From Myxococcales bacterium (GTDB lineage Bacteria > Desulfobacterota > Binatia > HRBIN30): a stretch of DNA of 64,000 nt. The stretch spans positions 32,001 to 96,000 of the forward strand of contig JBBILD010000009.1 of assembly GCA_037445065.1 (NCBI GenBank). The letters run 5' to 3'. This document shows positions 59,325-64,000 of this stretch, in pieces; position 1 is the first letter of the stretch, and every line of letters starts with the position of its first letter. A program made the position numbers and the translations under genes. The notes below the pieces were generated by a model. It did no database searches. It saw only the letters and a program-made list of their open reading frames with translations, and had not been told where the DNA came from.

Positions 59325-60491
59325 TCAAACTTGCGCCGAGCCCTCGGTGTCACAGGCCTTCGAGTTCGGTGGCAGCAAAGCCCCCTGCTCGGCGCAGGCG
59401 CGCACCAGGGCGCGTACGTCCCACCAAACATCCTCTCGCTCGCGGCCGCGCACGATGACGCTCCATTGCTGTCCCTCGGCGCTGCGCAAATACCGGTAAA
59501 TCGCCCAGCGCCGGTCGAGGTCGGCCTTGTCCACCAGTTGCGGCTCGCGGTGGGGCGCGTCGAACACGCTCCACAGTCGGGCAAAGCCTCGATCGAAGTC
59601 CTCAAGCCTAAGATCGGCACGCGCGGCCACATCTCCCTGACGCACCGCCCAGCCTTCGGCCCCGGTAGCCCCTGGGCACGCCTGCACCACGATCGCGTCG
59701 TCTCCCTGGTACCGGGCCAGGAGCAGCATGCGCCGCGCTTTCTCCACGCTGGCAAGCCGCCGTTCCAGGCGCAAGCTGAGCTGCGGGTTGCCATCTCCCT
59801 TGCCGGCGAGCGAGTGCTTCCAGTGGTGAAAGCTCTCCCAACCTCCGGTGAGCACGCGCAAAGCGCGCAGCAAGCGCACGCCGTAGGTTCCCGCGCTGAC
59901 CTCGCCCATGCACGGAGCCAGGCAGGTCTTCACTTGGAAGCGCCAACACTTCTGCCCTTCAGCAGCGGGCGGCAACGGGTCTGCGCAGGTGCGCAAGGCA
60001 AAGGCGTCCGCCACCTCTGCGAGAGCCGCTGCGAGGCGCCGCGGGGCAAGCACCGGACCGAAGTAACGCGGCCCCGGCTCCACCTCGCTGCGCACTTCCA
60101 GGCGCGGAAACGGCTGGCGGAAATCCACCGCAAAATAGGCGTAGCGCTGCGGGTGGCGGTACTGGCGGTTCAGGCGCGGGGCGAGCTCTTGCACCAAGGT
60201 GATCTCGCGCAAGAGAGCGGCAAAGTGGGAGGGCATTTCTTCGACCGCAAAGCTGGCAGCGAGATTGCGCAAGGCCGACTTCTTTCGCCGCTCCTGCGCT
60301 CCGGGGCGAAAATACGACTGCAGCCGCTTGCGCAAACACTTGCTCTTTCCCACGTACAGCACCGCGCCATCTCGGTCGAAAAACACATACACGCCAGGCC
60401 CGAGCGGGACGGTGGAGAAGACGGGGGCCTCAGCCGTCACCGGCCTCGCCAGCCGCCCCCAATCTTCGCGCCGCTGCTCCCTGGGCACCAT
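59325..60491 (-). CDS. GIY-YIG nuclease, UvrC N-terminal-like (Cho-like)
   Basis: PGVYVF...LYVGKSKCLRKRLQSYF, ALLRE, PRLN and Cys cluster LRTC...C..FQVKTCLAPC; lacks the UvrC RNaseH/HhH half. Confidence 0.85.
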   Translation of the reverse strand: MVPREQRREDWGRLARPVTAEAPVFSTVPLGPGVYVFFDRDGAVLYVGKSKCLRKRLQSYFRPGAQERRKKSALRNLAASFAVEEMPSHFAALLREITLVQELAPRLNRQYRHPQRYAYFAVDFRQPFPRLEVRSEVEPGPRYFGPVLAPRRLAAALAEVADAFALRTCADPLPPAAEGQKCWRFQVKTCLAPCMGEVSAGTYGVRLLRALRVLTGGWESFHHWKHSLAGKGDGNPQLSLRLERRLASVEKARRMLLLARYQGDDAIVVQACPGATGAEGWAVRQGDVAARADLRLEDFDRGFARLWSVFDAPHREPQLVDKADLDRRWAIYRYLRSAEGQQWSVIVRGREREDVWWDVRALVRACAEQGALLPPNSKACDTEGSAQV

Positions 60492-60616
60492 TTCGCTGAG
60501 TATGCCACGAATCTCGCCGCTTCGCATGTGGGCCGGCGCTCTTCGCAATTTTGGCCGCAGCCGCGGGGCGCGCCGCGTCCTTGACTCGCACCGCTGCCTG
60601 TGTCTTGAGACACCCC

Positions 60617-60949
60617 ATGCATACGCAAGGCAGGTGGTTGGGGTTGGCCGCTGGACTTCTCTTGCTGGCAGGAGGTGCGTCCGGGGTGGCGGCGGAAGAC
60701 GGGGCCGAGGTGTACAAAGCAAAATGCGCGAAATGCCATGGCGAGACGGGCAAGGGCGACACCCCCACCGGGAAATCCATGAAAACGCCCTCGCTGGTCG
60801 GTGACGAAAAAGTCCTGCAAGGTTCCGAAGCGCAGCTCGTCCAGGCAATCCGCGAGAACAAGAAGCACAAGGAACCGGTCAAGAAGGCGGCGGAGGCCGA
60901 ACTCCGAGCCGTGATTCCGTACATCAAGAAACTCGCTCGAGGGCAGTAA
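60617..60949 (+). CDS. Monoheme c-type cytochrome
   Basis: Signal peptide followed by a single CAKCH motif. Confidence 0.9.
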   Translation: MHTQGRWLGLAAGLLLLAGGASGVAAEDGAEVYKAKCAKCHGETGKGDTPTGKSMKTPSLVGDEKVLQGSEAQLVQAIRENKKHKEPVKKAAEAELRAVIPYIKKLARGQ

Positions 60950-60966
60950 GAACGAAGCGTGTCTTT

Positions 60967-62343
60967 TTACGCTTCGAGCCTCTGCACCACCACGCTTTTG
61001 ATGTTCACAAACTCCTTGATCCCGTAACTGCCCAACTCGCGCCCGTATCCGGAGCGCTTGACGCCGCCGAAGGGCAAGCGCGGGTCACTGTGCACGAGTT
61101 CGTTCACGTGAACAGCCCCGACTTCGAGCTTCGCGGCAAGGCGCTCGGCGAGTTCCAGGTCTTGCGTCCAAAGCGACGCACCGAGGCCAAAGGGCGTCGC
61201 ATTGGCCAGTTGGACTGCCTGCTCTGCGTCCCGCGCCACCAGCACCGCTGCCACTGGCCCGAAGAGTTCTTCTTCGAACGCCGGCATGCCCGGACGCACA
61301 GCGGTCAGCACCGTGGGTGGGTAATAAAACCCAGGACCCGGCAGCGGCTTGCCACCGAGCAACACCCTTGCCCCGCGCTGCACAGAGGCGCGCACTTGCT
61401 GATGCAGGCGCCGGCGTAGGTCGGCACGAGCCAAGGGGCCGATCTCGGTTTCCTCGGCAAACGGATCGCCCACCTGGCGTTTACCCATGGCGGCCGTGAA
61501 GGCCGCGAGAAAGTCGGCGGCGATGCGTTTCTCCACGATGATCCGTTTCGCAGCAATGCAACTCTGCCCCGAGTTGATCAGCCGCGCCTCGGCGGCGCGC
61601 TCCGCAGCCAACCCGACTGGCGCGTCGCCGAGGACAAGGAAGGCATCCGAGCCGCCTAACTCGAGCACGGTTTTCTTGAGGTGCCGCCCAGCAAGCGCGG
61701 CAACTGCCCGACCCGCAGCGTCACTGCCTGTAAGCGTGACGCCAACCACCCGCTCATCCGCGATGACACGGGCAGCGTCTCGCTCTTCGAGCAGCAGGAC
61801 TTGAAACACTCCGCGCGGCGCTCCGGCCGCCCGCCATTCTCGTTCGATGGCGAGCGCACAGGCAGGCACATTGGGCGCATGCTTGAGTAAAATGGGGTTC
61901 CCGGCCAGCAGCGCAGGAGCCGCAAAGCGGAACACCTGCCAGTACGGGAAGTTCCAAGGCATGATCGCAAACAGCGGCCCGAGCGGATCGAAGCGCACCC
62001 AGCTCCGCCAAGCTTCCGTGGGCACGCTTTCTACGGCAAGCAAGCGCTCGGCGTTGTCGGCAAAGTACCGGCAAGCCCAAGCGCACTTAGCCACCTCCTG
62101 GCGCGCCTGGCGAATCGGCTTCCCCATTTCTTGCGTGATCCGTCGGGCGTGCTCCTCGAGATTGCGCTCGAGCCCGTCGGCGACCGCCCGCACCACCTGC
62201 GCACGCTCGGCAAAAGAGGCTGCTGCCCAGCGCCCTGCAGCGGCAGCCGCCAGTGCCAAGCACCGTTCCACCTGCTCGGCGCTGGCCGGTGCGTAGGAGC
62301 GGATCAACTTTCCATTGCGCGGGTCCATCGAGCGAATCGCCAT
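60967..62343 (-). CDS. NAD(P)-dependent succinate-semialdehyde dehydrogenase-like aldehyde dehydrogenase
   Basis: IMPWNFP, TLTGS, LELGGSD, NSGQSCIA, EELFGP and PFGGVKRSGYGRE. Confidence 0.93.
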   Translation of the reverse strand: MAIRSMDPRNGKLIRSYAPASAEQVERCLALAAAAAGRWAAASFAERAQVVRAVADGLERNLEEHARRITQEMGKPIRQARQEVAKCAWACRYFADNAERLLAVESVPTEAWRSWVRFDPLGPLFAIMPWNFPYWQVFRFAAPALLAGNPILLKHAPNVPACALAIEREWRAAGAPRGVFQVLLLEERDAARVIADERVVGVTLTGSDAAGRAVAALAGRHLKKTVLELGGSDAFLVLGDAPVGLAAERAAEARLINSGQSCIAAKRIIVEKRIAADFLAAFTAAMGKRQVGDPFAEETEIGPLARADLRRRLHQQVRASVQRGARVLLGGKPLPGPGFYYPPTVLTAVRPGMPAFEEELFGPVAAVLVARDAEQAVQLANATPFGLGASLWTQDLELAERLAAKLEVGAVHVNELVHSDPRLPFGGVKRSGYGRELGSYGIKEFVNIKSVVVQRLEA

Positions 62344-62435
62344 GGATACACGGATAGCGCGCGACAATTTTCGCACGCAATTGAAGTCGCTGCCGAGCCC
62401 CAGCTCCGCCGATCAAGCCTGGATTCAGGATTGCG

Positions 62436-62465
62436 TTGACCCTGGCGAAAGCCGTTCTCTATGCT
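62436..62465 (+). promoter_or_regulatory. Putative sigma70 promoter
   Basis: TTGACC-N18-TATGCT upstream of GGAGG and ATG 62491. Confidence 0.55.
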
Positions 62466-62490
62466 GCTCGAGTCTGCCGGAGGCACCTCC

Positions 62491-63795
62491 ATGCCCATGA
62501 GCAAGCTGGGAAGCGAGCGCATCGAAGAGTGGCTAGGAGCGGTGCGCCGCCGCTTGCTGTGGGACCATCGCCTACACCACGCAGCATGGGGCGCAGCCGT
62601 GCTCGCGCTGCTGTGGATGGCCGCCGCTTGGCTTCCGGTCTTGCGCCAGCACTGGCAGTGGCTTGTGGGAACCTCGTTCCTGGCTGCGTTGGCGTGGGCA
62701 ATCCACGGCTGGCGGGGCGAACAGCGGTGGAGCCGCTCGCAGGTGGCCGCGTGGGCGGACCAGAAGCTGGGCCTAGGCGAGGCATTGCTCACCTTCGCCG
62801 CCCTGCGCGACACGCGCGCGCGGGTGCGCTTGTTTCCCGCGCTTGTGGCCCGCCTGCTGCTGCGATGTGCGGACCGCAAGCCCAACGCCGTGGCACCCCT
62901 CCACTGGCAAGGGCCGGTAAGCGTTGCCTTGTTTGCAGTGGCAGCAGCAATCTCTTCTTGGCTGTGGACCCAGCCTCCGCCGACCGCCCTAGGTACCAAT
63001 CCCCCGCAGGTGGCACAGGCTGCGCCGGCTGCCGCCGCTGCGAGGGCCGGGGGGCGAGCGCAGGACCGGCTAGAGCTTGCACAAGGTGCCTGGGCACCAG
63101 CGGAGGAGGCAGGCGAAGAGGGAGCCAGCGGGGAGGAAGGCCACGCAGAAGGGCCGTCCTCCGTGGGCTCATCCGAGGGCGGAAAGAAAGGAGCAGGAAA
63201 GGGAGGGCAGCGGCGCTTTGCCACCAGCGCGGAGAACAGCAAACAAAGCGAACCTTCTCCGGACGGTGCGGGCGATGAACACGGCGAGGGCGGCAAGAGC
63301 AAAAGTGCTCTTCCGAGGCGGGCTGCAACCGGAGAGAGCGCGCGGCAGCCCCCGCGCCACTTGCCGCCGGCGCTGCTGCAAGGTGAGACGGTGGCGGAAG
63401 AACGTGGTGCGGGTGAGCAAACAGAGCGGGGGCAGCAAGCGAACAAAGGATCTACGCAACGAGAACAGCACGGGAGCGCGGCCGGTCCTGGCGCAAGCGG
63501 CAGCTCACAAGCGGGAAGCGGCAGCGCCCCCGGGGGGCTGTTTGCAGATCCGGGCGCCGGGATGGGAGCCGTCGGTCGCACGCAGGAGCCACCTTTGCTT
63601 GTAACCCTGAGCGGCTTGCGGTACCGGGAGGTAGCTCGCCAGCACGGCGGGGTCAGCGGCGCGGCGCAGGGGGAGCTGGCGGATCCAGCGGCAACGGCGG
63701 ACCCCGGCAGCGGGGCACCAGTGTGGAAAGCGGGCGTGCCGCCCCCGTATCGAGAGGCAGTGCGTCGCCTCTACCAGCGCGGAGAACCACGATGA
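62491..63795 (+). CDS. Membrane protein with long Gly/Glu/Ser-rich disordered region (MoxR-locus associated)
   Basis: N-terminal TMs, AAWADQKLGLGEALLT, low-complexity middle and C-terminal VPPPYREAVRRLY. Confidence 0.7.
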   Translation: MPMSKLGSERIEEWLGAVRRRLLWDHRLHHAAWGAAVLALLWMAAAWLPVLRQHWQWLVGTSFLAALAWAIHGWRGEQRWSRSQVAAWADQKLGLGEALLTFAALRDTRARVRLFPALVARLLLRCADRKPNAVAPLHWQGPVSVALFAVAAAISSWLWTQPPPTALGTNPPQVAQAAPAAAAARAGGRAQDRLELAQGAWAPAEEAGEEGASGEEGHAEGPSSVGSSEGGKKGAGKGGQRRFATSAENSKQSEPSPDGAGDEHGEGGKSKSALPRRAATGESARQPPRHLPPALLQGETVAEERGAGEQTERGQQANKGSTQREQHGSAAGPGASGSSQAGSGSAPGGLFADPGAGMGAVGRTQEPPLLVTLSGLRYREVARQHGGVSGAAQGELADPAATADPGSGAPVWKAGVPPPYREAVRRLYQRGEPR

Positions 63796-64000
63796 AACAT
63801 CCGTCACCCACCCCACCCGCACAACGTGAGATTCAGTTCTTTGCCGACACTTTTGGGCGCATTCGCGCCCAACTCAAACGGGTGGTGGTGGGGCTCGATG
63901 ACAGTATCGAACGCATCCTGGTGGCGTTTTTTGCCGGTGGGCACGTGCTGATCGAAGGCCTTCCGGGCACGGGTAAGACCTTGATCGTGCGCAGCTTAGG
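63792..64000 (+). CDS. moxR: MoxR-family AAA+ ATPase (partial)
   Basis: Manual translation MKHP...VVVGLDDSIERILVAFFAGGHVLIEGLPGTGKTLIVRSL; ATGA overlap with the upstream gene. Confidence 0.88.
   Translation, partial: MKHPSPTPPAQREIQFFADTFGRIRAQLKRVVVGLDDSIERILVAFFAGGHVLIEGLPGTGKTLIVRSL

Overview
High-GC bacterial chromosomal window. The glnD-xerD-site-2-protease-trpS-scpA-scpB-rluB order and recCBD suggest a Deltaproteobacteria-like lineage such as Binatota or Myxococcota (inference only). Most of the window is housekeeping: HAD hydrolase, uppP, two APC permeases, moaA, enoyl-CoA hydratase, penicillin-acylase lipoprotein, thiI, recCBD, orphan peptide-ABC ATPases, bactofilin, sua5, FGGY kinase, larC, rluB/scpB/scpA/trpS, xerD, glnD, mutS, a UvrC-like nuclease, cytochrome c, an aldehyde dehydrogenase and the start of a MoxR locus. 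An accessory block at about 4.4-18.9 kb holds two notable parts. (i) An intact three-gene DAB-type inorganic-carbon uptake operon (DabA, a NuoL-like DabB and an extra NuoM-like subunit with altered proton-path residues), divergent from a cysteine-free ArsR regulator. (ii) A decaying defence island made of two different type I R-M operons, each with a REP-associated tyrosine transposase (RAYT) remnant embedded in it. The island also has an apparently intact unknown winged-helix gene between hsdM and hsdS, palindromic elements inserted into hsdM and hsdS coding sequence, and a degenerate attC-like site just upstream of hsdM. Other points: a REP doublet, a 164-nt scpB/rluB overlap and possible leaderless genes. 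No tRNA, rRNA or CRISPR array was recognised. All calls come from reading motifs by eye, with no database searches.
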